From the NCBI GenBank assembly GCA_043821645.1, contig JBDRCO010000118.1, positions 96,001 to 160,000 of the forward strand: a stretch of 64,000 nt of DNA. Direction: 5' to 3'. Of this stretch, positions 29,868 to 39,869 are shown piece by piece (the stretch's first letter is position 1; each line of letters starts with the position of its first letter). Made by a program: the position numbers and the translations under genes. The stretch is from Pseudomonadota bacterium (GTDB lineage Bacteria > Myxococcota > JACRCW01 > JAFGSX01). The notes below the pieces were generated by a model. That model was given only the letters and a program-made list of their open reading frames with translations, was not told where the DNA came from and did no database searches.

Positions 29868-30683
29868 TCAGCCGCGGCTGTCGGGTGGCGGAGCCTGTTG
29901 CATCTCTCGCTGCCGCGCCAGCTCGTACAGCAGCACGCAGGCCGCATCCGCAGCGTTGAGCATGATCCCCTGCGCATGCATCGGGATGGCCACCAGGTGA
30001 TCGCAGGCGCGCCGCACCAGCTGCCGCACTCCTCGATCCTCCCCTCCCACCACGATGGCGACGGGCCCGCACAGATCGACCTCCCAGGGACGCAGGCTGG
30101 CATCGGCCTCGGCACCCACGATCCACAGCCCCAGCTTCTTGAGCTCCTCGAGCGCGCGCACGATGTTGGTGACCTGGGCCACCGGGAGCTGCACCAGCGC
30201 ACCGGCCGCCACGTGCTCCGCGGCCGGGGTGACCTGGGCTGCGCGGTCGCGCGGGATCACCAGGCCCGTGGCTCCCAGGGTCAGGGCGGCACGCGCCGAA
30301 GCCCCCAGGTTGCGGGGATCCTCGACACCATCGAGCACCAGCACCGCTGACGGAGGATCTTCGACCACCAGCTCGTCGAGATGGCAGTAGGAAAATGCCC
30401 GCACCCGGGCCACCACGCCCTGGTGACGACCGCCCTGGGCCAGTCTATCCAGCACCTCGCGAGAGCTCAGGTGGTAGCGGAAGCCCTGCCGGCCGAGCTC
30501 CAGGATCCACTGTGCCAGGTTGCCGGCAGCGCGCCTGTCGTCGATCAGCAGCTCGCGGATACGCAGTGGCTGATGTGTGATCAGAGCCTGCACCGCATGC
30601 AGGCCATACACCACGTTCTCGTCCGAGCGGGTCCGCGCATCCAGATCCGCGCGTTCCTCGGCGCGAGGCAGAGTTGTCCCCAC
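29868..30683 (-). CDS. rlmB: 23S rRNA (Gm2251) 2'-O-methyltransferase RlmB (start codon uncertain)
   Basis: VYGLHAV, HQGVVA, LDGVEDPRNLGA, VGGEDRG and IPM...LNA SPOUT motifs. Confidence 0.9.
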   Translation of the reverse strand: MGTTLPRAEERADLDARTRSDENVVYGLHAVQALITHQPLRIRELLIDDRRAAGNLAQWILELGRQGFRYHLSSREVLDRLAQGGRHQGVVARVRAFSYCHLDELVVEDPPSAVLVLDGVEDPRNLGASARAALTLGATGLVIPRDRAAQVTPAAEHVAAGALVQLPVAQVTNIVRALEELKKLGLWIVGAEADASLRPWEVDLCGPVAIVVGGEDRGVRQLVRRACDHLVAIPMHAQGIMLNAADAACVLLYELARQREMQQAPPPDSRG

Positions 30684-30735
30684 GCCGCCGGCAGCGGAGA
30701 AGGTGCGCTCTGCGCCGCCACGATGGCGCGGTGGT

Positions 30736-31452
30736 CTACGCGGCGACGTGGGCGATCTCCTCGACGATGCTGCGGGCCAGGGCCTGCGGATCGGAGGCCC
30801 GACGCAGGGGCGCGCCAACGATGACATGGCTGGCGCCCGCCCGGATCGCCTCGGCCGCCTCGATGCCGTGAGCGTCGTGGGTGTCGCCAGGCGCGCGAAT
30901 GCCTGGACACAGGATCAGCGCGTCGGGACCTGCCAGCTCCCGCACCTCCGCGGCCCAACGAGGCGACACCATGACGCCATCGACTCCGGCATCGAGCGCC
31001 AGCCTCGCCAGGCGCAGGCTCAGGGCCCGCGGGTCCTCGCCAAAGCCGACCTGTTCGAGGGCCTCTCGGGCGACGTGGCTGAACACCGTGGTGGCGATGA
31101 TGCGCGGCGGAGGTACCCCGGGAATGATGGTCATCTCGGACAGCGAGCGCATCGAGGCCTTGAGCATGTCGCTGCCGCCCAGGGCCTGCACCGTCACCAT
31201 GGCCGTGCCCTTGCGCGCCGCCGCGCGCACCGCGGACTCCACGCGGTCCGGCAGGTCGTGGTACTTGAGGTCTAGCACCACCGCGTGTCCCTCGCGGCGC
31301 AGCCTGTCGACGATGGAAAAGCCCGAGCCCACGATGAGCGGCAGTCCCACCTTGAACAGACCGACCCACTCGCGCAGGCGTCCGGCGAGCTCGAGTGCCA
31401 GGTCCCCGTCGGTGAAGTCGAGCGCCGCGATCACGCGGTCCTTGGCCTGCAT
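30736..31452 (-). CDS. pyrF: Orotidine-5'-phosphate decarboxylase
   Basis: IAALD, FKVG, LDLKYHDLP, CPGIR and AGASHVIVG. Confidence 0.92.
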   Translation of the reverse strand: MQAKDRVIAALDFTDGDLALELAGRLREWVGLFKVGLPLIVGSGFSIVDRLRREGHAVVLDLKYHDLPDRVESAVRAAARKGTAMVTVQALGGSDMLKASMRSLSEMTIIPGVPPPRIIATTVFSHVAREALEQVGFGEDPRALSLRLARLALDAGVDGVMVSPRWAAEVRELAGPDALILCPGIRAPGDTHDAHGIEAAEAIRAGASHVIVGAPLRRASDPQALARSIVEEIAHVAA

Positions 31453-31545
31453 CCCACACCTCGTCCTTGGCTCCGTCGTGGCGAGAGCCTAGCGTCAATC
31501 GATCACGAGGTCACGCGCCGCTGGTCGGGCCGACAGCGCTCGAGA

Positions 31546-33039
31546 TCAGGTCGTGAACATGCTGGCCCGTTCCGTGGGCGCCACCGCCGCGGCATCGACG
31601 GTCTCGACGATGGAGTACCGAAACTGTCCACCCTGTTGCTCGGTGAGATCGCGGATCAGGGTGCGCTCCATGGGTGCGCCATCGGCCGCGCGCAGGATGC
31701 GCACGAAGGGCCGGTCAAAGCGCGCTGGATCGTCCGTGGTGTGGTAGACGATGCCCACCTCGCCACTGCTCAGGCGCACCACGGTGCCAATGGGGTAGAG
31801 CCCCAGGATGTTGATGAAGACTCGCACCAGCACCGGATCAAACTTGGAGCCCGCGCCCTCGTTGAGGATCTTCAGTGCCTCGTCGGGGCTGTAGGCCTCG
31901 CGCCAGGGGCGGTTGGTGGTCAGAGCATCGTACACGTCGCAGATGGCGACGATGCGCGAGAACAGGTGCAGCGGCCGCTTGACCGGAAGCTTGGGGTAGC
32001 CACCCTGGAGGTCGAAGTGGATGTGGTGCTGGAACGCGACCACCAGCCGGCGCATGGCGCTCTTGGACAGGGTGCCCTTGCCCAGCAGCACGCGCACCGC
32101 CTGCAGCACGTGTCCCTGCAACTCGCTGAGTTCCCTGTCGTCGAGGGCGCCGGCCTTGTCCAGCAGCTCGGGCTTGGTCAGGGCAAAGCCCAGATCCGAC
32201 ATGATCGCCGCCATGCCCAGGTCGACCAGATCACTGCGCTCCATCCCCAGCGCGTGTCCCAGCGAGATCGCCAGCACGCAGACGTTGACCGCGTGGTTGT
32301 ACTGGTAGTCCGTGGCGTCCTTGATCGCCACCAGCTTGAGCAGCAGGTTGACGCGCTCGAAGGCCATGTCGACCAGGTCCTGCACCACGCGCACCAGCTT
32401 GAGCTGCATGGAGCCCCTGGCCTGGGCGTTCTCGACCACGATGTCGTCGACGAAGCGCTTCACACCGATGCTGGCCTTGGCATAGCTCTGCAGCGCGCTG
32501 AGCCGGGGATCGATCTTGATCTTGAGCTCGATCTGCGCGTCCGAGTGGTCGACGAAGGCGCGCCGTCCGAGCAGCTCCACCGCCAGGTCGCGCAGATCGG
32601 TCAACCGATCGCGCAGGGCGTTGGCCGCGTTTTCGCCTTCGCGGCCAGTCTCGGTGAAGGCCACCAGCAGCTCGGTCAGCGACTGGGAGTTGACGGGACG
32701 CGTGAAGGTGAAGCCACCCAGGCCACGCTCATCAAACTCCTTGGCCATCTCGCGCACGCTGTCCACGCTGCTGTCCTCGATGCGAATGCGCTGGTCCGAC
32801 AGGTAGACCTGATCCTCGACGAACTCCAGCTTGACCACCCCCAGCACACCGAGGACGGTATTGAGCGTGTCCTTGAGATGCTCGGTGGCGACGAGCACGC
32901 TCTTGTTCTGCTTGTCGTGGATGCGCACCGTGCGCAACACCATGAACAGCTGGCTGACCAGCAGTTTGCCCAGGGACTGCACATGGCCGCGCTGTGCCTG
33001 GTCGGCAACGGTGGCACGCGGCGGGGGCGCCGGGCTCAT
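31546..33039 (-). CDS. HD-GYP domain protein with a degenerate HD motif (SD)
   Basis: NHAVNV, AAIMSDLG, QHH...GGYP, IVAICDVYDALTTNRPW, KFDP and GLYPIGTVVRL; ATG overlaps the upstream TGA (ATGA). Confidence 0.88.
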   Translation of the reverse strand: MSPAPPPRATVADQAQRGHVQSLGKLLVSQLFMVLRTVRIHDKQNKSVLVATEHLKDTLNTVLGVLGVVKLEFVEDQVYLSDQRIRIEDSSVDSVREMAKEFDERGLGGFTFTRPVNSQSLTELLVAFTETGREGENAANALRDRLTDLRDLAVELLGRRAFVDHSDAQIELKIKIDPRLSALQSYAKASIGVKRFVDDIVVENAQARGSMQLKLVRVVQDLVDMAFERVNLLLKLVAIKDATDYQYNHAVNVCVLAISLGHALGMERSDLVDLGMAAIMSDLGFALTKPELLDKAGALDDRELSELQGHVLQAVRVLLGKGTLSKSAMRRLVVAFQHHIHFDLQGGYPKLPVKRPLHLFSRIVAICDVYDALTTNRPWREAYSPDEALKILNEGAGSKFDPVLVRVFINILGLYPIGTVVRLSSGEVGIVYHTTDDPARFDRPFVRILRAADGAPMERTLIRDLTEQQGGQFRYSIVETVDAAAVAPTERASMFTT

Positions 33040-34931
33040 GCTGCGCCTCCCTGACCGCCGTCGTCCTTGCCCGGCGGCGCGTCGGTGGCGCCTTTGGGCT
33101 GGCTCTTGCGCGGGGTCTCGGCCAGAGCCACGGCGCGCTGGCACACGTCCTTCACCTTGCGGTGGCGCACGCTGGTGCCGCGGCGCAGGGCGTCGACCGC
33201 GGCTGTGCCGCCGATGGCGGACAGTGCCACGGCAGCCGAGCAGCGCAGCTCTTCCTCCTCCTCGCTGATGGTCTCCATGGCCACGCGCACGCGATCCAGC
33301 AGCCCCGAGCCCTTCTGAAAGCTCCCCTGCAAGATCTGCTCGAGCACGGTCACCGCGCCCGGTCCGGCCAGGGCGCCAAAGGCCACCAGGAAGGTGCGCT
33401 GCTCCGAGCTGTCGCGCTGCAAGAAGCCCGGATCCGCGATCAACTTCTTCAGCTGATCTGCCACTCCGGGTGTGCGCCTGCTCACCAGGGTGCGCACCAC
33501 CGTGATGCGAACCGCCTGCTCGGCGTCGTCCAGGGCGAACGCCAGCTCCTCGTCGGCCTCGCCCCGCGGCGCATGCTGAAGCATGCCCAGGGCTTGCTGG
33601 CGAACTCTGGCATGCGCGTGATGACAGCCTTCTATCAGCAGCTTGTAGGCAGCGGGCTCGTTGATGCGGCTGGCCATGTACAGCAGATCTCGGTCCACGA
33701 ACCACTCGGCCTTGCCGTAGTAGCCGCGCAGTTGCTCCACCGTGGGCGGACTGATCTCGAGCATCAGGTCGCACAGCACCCGCCGGTGCTGGGGCTGCTG
33801 CACGGCGGCCATGTTGGCGAGCAGACCGGGGACCACATCGGGGCCCAGCAGGTGCATGAGCTCGGCCAGCTGCGCCGTCGAGGAGATCGCATTGTCGTTG
33901 AGCGCCACCGCGATCTGCGCCAGCCGCTGGGTCGACGAGAACAGCCTGAAAAGCTGCTTGACGATGGCCACGTTCTTGAGGTCCTGCCCGTCCGAGTACG
34001 AGGCCATCTGGCGGATGAGGCTCGCCGCGCTCTTGTAGTCGCGCTCGACCAGGATGGCGTCGTACAGCGAGACCAGCTCCTGGATCACCTGCTGCGACTC
34101 GGCCGAGGTGCGCACCTGGAACAGCACACCGAGCAAGACCTCGAAGGTCAGATCCAGCAGCGAGAAGTCTGTCTCGGCGGCCACCTCGCCCAGGAGCTTG
34201 GCCACCACCTCCTCGCCCACGTTGAAGATCGCGCGCGACGTCGAGGTGCCGATGCGCTCCGTCTCGCGCTGCCTGTCCTCGCCCAGGGTGGCCAGGGCGA
34301 CCAGGTCGTCACCGCTGATGTTGACCGCCTTGACGCTCTCCTCGGTGCCCTGGTTGCCGGAGTAGATGGCGCTGAGCAGGCGATCCAGATCCTGCCGGAT
34401 CTCCTCGCGCTGCGGGGTGCTGTCATCCTCGTCGTCATCGTCGGCAGAACTGCCCGCGTCGTAGATGTCCAGGGTGACGTAGCGAAAGTGGGGCAGGCCA
34501 GCGCGCCACAGCATGCATACCATGTCGTCGTCGAGGTCGGCCTGCACGGGCGGCTTACTCAGGATCTCGATCAACTTGTCGAGCTCGGCGCGATCCATGC
34601 CGGCCTCGAGGGTCACGCGCCGGATACCCTCGCGAAACAGCCGGAAAGGAATGCCGGTCTCGCGGTCAGGATCGACCAGCACGTCCTCGCCGAGCATGGC
34701 CAGCCTGTCCCGGCGCACGTTGAACTCGAGGTCCCCGTTCTCGGTGAAGGACTGTTCGATGTAGCGGTAAGCCGCGCTCATGAACTTCTCGAGCGCCTCG
34801 TTGTTGCGGCTGTACATCGAATAGGAACGAACCGCCTTGGCGAAGGCAGCGCAGAAGTACCTCACCAGGTCGAGGCGGGCAGGCGGCTGGCCGCTGACGA
34901 CGGGCGTGGTGCTTGCGGGGTTCTGGCTCAC
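33036..34931 (-). CDS. HEAT/armadillo-repeat protein
   Basis: Helical repeats with RVRQQAL, AVRITVV and LRCSAAVAL..IG; GTG start after GAGAGG. Confidence 0.82.
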   Translation of the reverse strand: MSQNPASTTPVVSGQPPARLDLVRYFCAAFAKAVRSYSMYSRNNEALEKFMSAAYRYIEQSFTENGDLEFNVRRDRLAMLGEDVLVDPDRETGIPFRLFREGIRRVTLEAGMDRAELDKLIEILSKPPVQADLDDDMVCMLWRAGLPHFRYVTLDIYDAGSSADDDDEDDSTPQREEIRQDLDRLLSAIYSGNQGTEESVKAVNISGDDLVALATLGEDRQRETERIGTSTSRAIFNVGEEVVAKLLGEVAAETDFSLLDLTFEVLLGVLFQVRTSAESQQVIQELVSLYDAILVERDYKSAASLIRQMASYSDGQDLKNVAIVKQLFRLFSSTQRLAQIAVALNDNAISSTAQLAELMHLLGPDVVPGLLANMAAVQQPQHRRVLCDLMLEISPPTVEQLRGYYGKAEWFVDRDLLYMASRINEPAAYKLLIEGCHHAHARVRQQALGMLQHAPRGEADEELAFALDDAEQAVRITVVRTLVSRRTPGVADQLKKLIADPGFLQRDSSEQRTFLVAFGALAGPGAVTVLEQILQGSFQKGSGLLDRVRVAMETISEEEEELRCSAAVALSAIGGTAAVDALRRGTSVRHRKVKDVCQRAVALAETPRKSQPKGATDAPPGKDDGGQGGAA

Positions 34932-35018
34932 CGGCCCCCTCTCGACGGAAAAAAATGGTCCGGACCCTCATCTTAGAGTCCGACCGCGGTGTCCTGTCAA
35001 CGTCCCGGGGGGCCGTTC

Positions 35019-35474
35019 TCAGGCCCGGTCACCCGGCCCGCGAGCCCGCGAACGAGGTGCAGGTCCGCGCCGGGGGCGGTGGTTCGCTTGCAGCTGGGCC
35101 ACCACCCGGTCCACGGCATGGCGGAGGTCCCGCGCCACAGCGTCAAGGGTGGCCGTCACCAGCGCAGCCCGCGCGATGACGACCATGTCCAGCCACGGCG
35201 GCCAGTCCGTCTGCTGTCGACGGAAACTCTCGCGCAGCAAGCGCTTGGCGCGATTGCGCTGCACCGCATCGCCCACCTTCTTGCTCGCGGTGATCCCCAT
35301 CCGGGGGCGCGGGTTGCGGCCCCGCATCGCCACCACGACCAGAAGATCGCCGTGCACCCTGGCCCCACGGCCCTGCACGGTCAGGTATTCGCGACGCCGA
35401 CGCAGGCGCGCGCTCTTGGGAAAGCGCCCGTCCACGACGGGACTCGAACCACAGGAGGTGTTTTCTTCGGTCAT
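35019..35474 (-). CDS. rnpA: Ribonuclease P protein component
   Basis: RFPKSARL and RMGITASKKVGDAVQRNRAKRLLRE (RNR motif); downstream of rpmH. Confidence 0.95.
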   Translation of the reverse strand: MTEENTSCGSSPVVDGRFPKSARLRRRREYLTVQGRGARVHGDLLVVVAMRGRNPRPRMGITASKKVGDAVQRNRAKRLLRESFRRQQTDWPPWLDMVVIARAALVTATLDAVARDLRHAVDRVVAQLQANHRPRRGPAPRSRARGPGDRA

Positions 35475-35645
35475 CACGCGTCCTGCCACCGAGCCAGCAT
35501 AGCGGGATCGTCGGCCGATGGCACGGCGAGCACATTTGTGGGGCGCACAGGCGCGATCCAGCCAGAACCTGGCCAGCCACAGCGGACCCGTCGCGATGCG
35601 TGATCACGGGGCGAGGCGAGCGCCCGGGGCAAGGCAGGGTGTGAG

Positions 35646-35795
35646 CTACTTCTGGTAGATCGACGGGACCAGGCGCTTGCGGCCCTTGGCGCGACGATCC
35701 TTGAGCACCTTGCGACCACCGGGGGTGGCCATGCGGGCCCGGAAACCATGCGTACGCTTACGCTTGATGCGACTGGGTTGATAGGTCCTCTTCAT
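35646..35795 (-). CDS. rpmH: 50S ribosomal protein L34
   Basis: [22 protein letters not shown]...RRAKGRKRL. Confidence 0.98.
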   Translation of the reverse strand: MKRTYQPSRIKRKRTHGFRARMATPGGRKVLKDRRAKGRKRLVPSIYQK

Positions 35796-36318
35796 GGCAC
35801 GACCCTCGATCGACTGGTGACGCTCGCGAGCACACAGCACTCGCGGAAGGCGCGCACGATTGCAAGATCACCTCGACCTTGTCAAGCCGCGTCGTACAGG
35901 CTCTGCGACCAGGGCTGGCCAGACCTCGGCCCTCCCCCGACCACGCGGAGATCGCTGGCCTCTCCGTCGACAGCATGGGATGTGGAGTTCGAAGATCAAA
36001 CTCGCGCTGGACCGATCGTGGCCCGCCTGCGCGATCGTCCTCGTCGGTGGTCCCGTGAAATTCCACGAACACGCGGCCTTACAGATGAGCTCGATTTGTT
36101 CTTGCGATCGGCTTGCGCTCTGCTAACTTGGCCGCATTGAAGAGGTCCCGACAGGTTGTGGTTTTTGCTGGTTAACATATTGTTATAACTAGGGAAACCG
36201 CACAAGCCAGAGACCCGACAAACGAGAGATCACAGGCGGTTGCGCAGTGCGGCACCACCCTGGAAACAGAGGTGGTGAGGGGACGCTTTCACCCCGCCGC
36301 AGGATTGCGGGCGCAGGC

Positions 36319-36340
36319 TGTGGATTGTTTGTGTGGATAA
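36319..36340. promoter_or_regulatory. DnaA boxes upstream of dnaA
   Basis: Perfect TGTGGATAA at 36332-36340 and degenerate TGTGGATTG at 36319-36327. Confidence 0.8.
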
Positions 36341-36369
36341 CGAGCTTAAGACGCGAGGACGCAGCAACG

Positions 36370-37833
36370 ATGGCGCAGTCCACAGCTGTTGATATCGGCG
36401 ACAAGGCCACCCTCCGGGACACCCAGGACCCAGGCCGGGGGCGCGGCGATCCCAGCAGTGATCGCACCCTGGTCGAGTCCGGCTGCCCGCCGCGCGACGC
36501 CTGGCCACTGGCCCTCGCGCAGATACAGCAGCGCATCAACGGCCAGAGCTACAACACCTGGTTTCGCCAGCTCCATTGCACCGGCGGCGACGCGCGCTCA
36601 CTGTCCCTGGCCGTACCCAGCAAGTTTCACCTCGACTGGGTGCAGGATCACTACGCCAGCTTCATCGCCGAGAACCTGCGCGATCTGTGTGGCCACGACG
36701 TCGAGCTGCGGCTGAGCGTGGCGCCCGAGCTCATCCCCATCGTCGATGACACGCCCGAGCCTCCTGCCATGGCGGGGGTGGCGCCGACCGAGGCCGCAGC
36801 GCGCCAGCCGCACGACAGGCTCAACGCGCGCTACACCTTTGATTCCTTCGTCACCGGGCCCAGCAACCAGTTCGCCCGCGCGGCCTGCGAAGCCGTGGCC
36901 GAGAACCCGGCGCAGGCATACAACCCGCTGTTCCTCTACGGCGGCGTGGGCCTGGGCAAGACGCACCTGCTGCACGCCATTGGCCTGGGGCTGTTGCAGC
37001 GCGCCCCGGCGACCAAGATCATCTACGTCACCACCGAAGAATTCATGAACGATCTCATCGACTCGATGCGCCACGAGAAGATGGGAGCGTTCCGCGCGCG
37101 CTATCGATCGCAGTGCGATGTGCTCATGGTCGACGATATCCAGTTCTTGACGGGCAAGGAGCGCACCCAGGAAGAGTTCTTTCACACCTTCAACTTCCTG
37201 TTCGAGTCGCACCGCCAGATCGTGATCACCTCGGACAAGTTCCCGCACGAGATCCCGGGCCTCGAGGAGAGGCTGCGCACGCGCTTCCAGTGCGGCCTGA
37301 TCGCCGATATCCAGGCACCGGAGATGGAGACCCGCGTCGCCATCCTGCGCGCCAAGGCCGAGAACGACCAGATCCACCTTCCCGACGAGGTGGCGCTGTT
37401 TCTGGCCACCACCATCAAGAGCAACGTGCGCGAGCTCGAAGGCTCGTTGATCCGTCTACAGGCCTATGCCTCGCTGACCAACCAGCCCATCAGCCTCGAG
37501 ATGGCCAAGGATCGCCTCAAGGGTCTGGTGAGTTCGAGCGAGAAGGCCGTCAGTGCGGAGCAGGTGCAGAAGCTGGTGGCCAGCTACTTCAGCCTCAAGA
37601 CCTCGGACCTGCGCTCGCAGCGACGGCACCGCGCGGTCAGCCTGCCGCGGCAGATCGCCATGTACATCTGCCGCAAGCACTGCAACCTGAGCTTCCCCGA
37701 GATCGGCGAGCGTTTCGGTGGCAAGGACCACACCACGGTGATGAGTGCGGTGCGCAAGATCGAGGGCAAGCTGCCCAACGATGCCCAGATCAGCAAGGCG
37801 GTCGCGGCCATCGAGAGCTCGCTCTGGACCTAG
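36370..37833 (+). CDS. dnaA: Chromosomal replication initiator DnaA
   Basis: YNTWF, YTFDSFV.G.SN, YNPLFLYGGVGLGKTHL, VDDIQFL, TQEEFFHTFN, PRQIAMY and GGKDHTTV. Confidence 0.99.
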   Translation: MAQSTAVDIGDKATLRDTQDPGRGRGDPSSDRTLVESGCPPRDAWPLALAQIQQRINGQSYNTWFRQLHCTGGDARSLSLAVPSKFHLDWVQDHYASFIAENLRDLCGHDVELRLSVAPELIPIVDDTPEPPAMAGVAPTEAAARQPHDRLNARYTFDSFVTGPSNQFARAACEAVAENPAQAYNPLFLYGGVGLGKTHLLHAIGLGLLQRAPATKIIYVTTEEFMNDLIDSMRHEKMGAFRARYRSQCDVLMVDDIQFLTGKERTQEEFFHTFNFLFESHRQIVITSDKFPHEIPGLEERLRTRFQCGLIADIQAPEMETRVAILRAKAENDQIHLPDEVALFLATTIKSNVRELEGSLIRLQAYASLTNQPISLEMAKDRLKGLVSSSEKAVSAEQVQKLVASYFSLKTSDLRSQRRHRAVSLPRQIAMYICRKHCNLSFPEIGERFGGKDHTTVMSAVRKIEGKLPNDAQISKAVAAIESSLWT

Positions 37834-37989
37834 TGTCCCCCTCGCGGGACCACCACGACAGTGCCAGAGGTGAACGTGGTCTCGTTGACCCAGCACTGCG
37901 TGCTGCCAGGCCTCCTGCTGCAGCTCCCTGGGGCACGTTTTCGAGTCAGGGAACGCCTTCGCTTGTGACCCTGCAGCCCGGAGTGCTGC

Positions 37990-38345
37990 CAGAGCCTGGA
38001 TTTTAATCTTTTTTAACGATTTCAACCCTGACCACAGATCAATTCCTGTGGATAACATGTGTGGAATTTTGAACTTGGTCAGTTTTCGCGGCCATAGCTG
38101 GCGTTCTGCGGTGCCCGGAGACCTCGTCTCCACCTGTGCGCAAACAAGGTGTGGTCAACCTGGGGACTTTGTCCTACCTGAAGTCCTCCACAGCGGCGGG
38201 GGGCTCCCCCTGCACAGCTTTCGCGCCCGCACGATGTAAAATTAACCAGTCATGGCGGTGACATCGAACTCTTTCAACATTCCCACAGCACCTACTACTA
38301 CTACTGATCTTTTTATATATTAAGGATGAAAGAAGAAGAGACAGG
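37990..38345. other. Replication origin oriC (dnaA-dnaN intergenic)
   Basis: Perfect DnaA box at 38047-38055 and several degenerate boxes (38060, 38135, 38150). Tandem boxes at 38271-38287, then GCAC, (CTA)4 DnaA-trios at 38292-38303 and an AT-rich tract at 38307-38323. Confidence 0.9.
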
Positions 38346-38466
38346 AGCAAAGAAAAGGCGTGATCACATACCAGGGGCAACGTGATGTCATGCATGTCTT
38401 GCCAATTGAAAGTTTGCGATACATGCATTATGCAAGCGAGCGGACCGAAGGCAGCAGAGGAAGAAA

Positions 38467-39573
38467 ATGGAACTGCGCATCAACGTCGCTGACTTCTCGC
38501 GTGGGCTGGCCAGCACCCAGGGCATCGTGCAAAAGCGAAACACCATGCCCATCCTGGCCAACGTGCTGATCGAGGCCAGCGAGGACGGCGAAGTGCAGCT
38601 CATCGCCACCGACCTCGACATCGGCATGCGCGTCACCGGCAAGGCCGAGGTGGTGCAGGCGGGTGCGGTGACCGTCAACGCGCGCGCTCTGTACGACATC
38701 GTGCGCGCCCTGCCGGCCAAGGAAGCCACGCTCAAGCGCATGGAGAACAACTACGTCGAGGTCCGGGCGGGTCGCGTGCATTACAAGATCATCGGCACCG
38801 CACCCGACGAGTTTCCGTCACTGCCCGCGCTCGAGGACGTGCAGTTCATCAAGCTCGAGGCTGCGGCGCTCAAGGAGATGGTCGACAAGACCTTTTACTC
38901 GGTGTCCACCGACGAGACCCGCTACAACCTCAACGGCGTGTTCTTCGAGCAGACCAAGGACGGCAAGCTGGCCATGGTGTCCACCGATGGGCACCGCCTG
39001 ACCCGCATCGTGCGCGGTCTCAACGTCGACATGGGCATGAAGGAGGGCGTGATCCTGCCGCGCAAGGGCCTCAACGAGCTGCGGCGCCTGGCGGACAGCG
39101 GCACCGGCACCATCGAGCTCGGTATCAAGGGCAGCCAGGCAGTGGCGCGGCACGAGTCTGTCACCGTCGTCATGCGCCTCATCGACGGCACCTTCCCGGA
39201 CTACGACCAGGTCATCCCCAAGGAGACCGAGAAAAAGGTCGTTCTCAAGCGCGAGGAGATCGTCGAGGCGCTGCGCCGCATCGCCCTGGTGTCCAGCGAC
39301 AAGTCGCACAGCGTCAAGCTCGAGCTGTTCTCGGGTAGCCTGCGCATCTCGAGTCAGAACCCCGACCTGGGCGAAGGCGAAGAAGAGATACCGGTCAGCT
39401 ACGAGGGTGGCGACATCCACATCGGTTTCAACGCGCGCTACCTCATCGAGGCCCTGGTCGCCATCAACACCGACGAGGTGCAGCTCGGTCTCAACGACGA
39501 CCTGAGCCCCGGCAAGCTCAACGGCGTCGGCGACGAGGACTACATCTGCGTCGTGATGCCGATGCGAATCTGA
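38467..39573 (+). CDS. dnaN: DNA polymerase III beta sliding clamp
   Basis: NTMPILANVLI, ATDLD, DETRYNLNGV, STDGHRL, FPDY, GFNARY and VVMPMRI. Confidence 0.99.
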   Translation: MELRINVADFSRGLASTQGIVQKRNTMPILANVLIEASEDGEVQLIATDLDIGMRVTGKAEVVQAGAVTVNARALYDIVRALPAKEATLKRMENNYVEVRAGRVHYKIIGTAPDEFPSLPALEDVQFIKLEAAALKEMVDKTFYSVSTDETRYNLNGVFFEQTKDGKLAMVSTDGHRLTRIVRGLNVDMGMKEGVILPRKGLNELRRLADSGTGTIELGIKGSQAVARHESVTVVMRLIDGTFPDYDQVIPKETEKKVVLKREEIVEALRRIALVSSDKSHSVKLELFSGSLRISSQNPDLGEGEEEIPVSYEGGDIHIGFNARYLIEALVAINTDEVQLGLNDDLSPGKLNGVGDEDYICVVMPMRI

Positions 39574-39603
39574 CCGTTCGGTTCGTCCTCCGGAAAAAGC
39601 GAC

Positions 39604-39869
39604 TTTTCACTACATAAGCGCTGCGGGGCACGTGGCTCGGGGTCCTGTCACCTCGCCTCCCCCACCGTGCTCGTCCCTGCGCGCGGCGGGGGACCCCCTG
39701 CTCGGCGCCACCCCTCGCGTTCGTGGCTCGAGGTTCAGTGCTTCAGAAAACGTGAAAAAAGTTTCGCGCGGTGTTTTACGTGAAGCGAGCCGACCTGACG
39801 TTCTTTCGAGGCCTGGTGCGGTGAGGCGTCGAAAGGGCAGCAGGGACAAGAGCGTTTAGCGGTGCAAAA
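39604..39869. other. Highly self-complementary intergenic element between convergent dnaN and bactofilin genes; contains a degenerate parS-like site
   Basis: 39604-39622 pairs with 39851-39869 (with G-U); hairpins 39658-39670/39681-39693 and 39803-39814/39824-39835; TGTTTTACGTGAAGCG at 39772-39787. Confidence 0.5.

Noticed and set aside
34970-35000. Sigma70 promoter TTGACA-N19-TAAGAT for the HEAT gene (similar TTGACA hexamers upstream of rpmH, bactofilin and secA)
   Set aside because: Spacing or -10 elements are non-canonical; cannot be supported without TSS data.
39604-39869. SRP RNA, tmRNA or RNase P RNA identity for the structured element
   Set aside because: Hallmark motifs (SRP GGAA...GCAGC loop, tmRNA tRNA-like ends, RNase P GAGGAAAGUCC) were not found on either strand.
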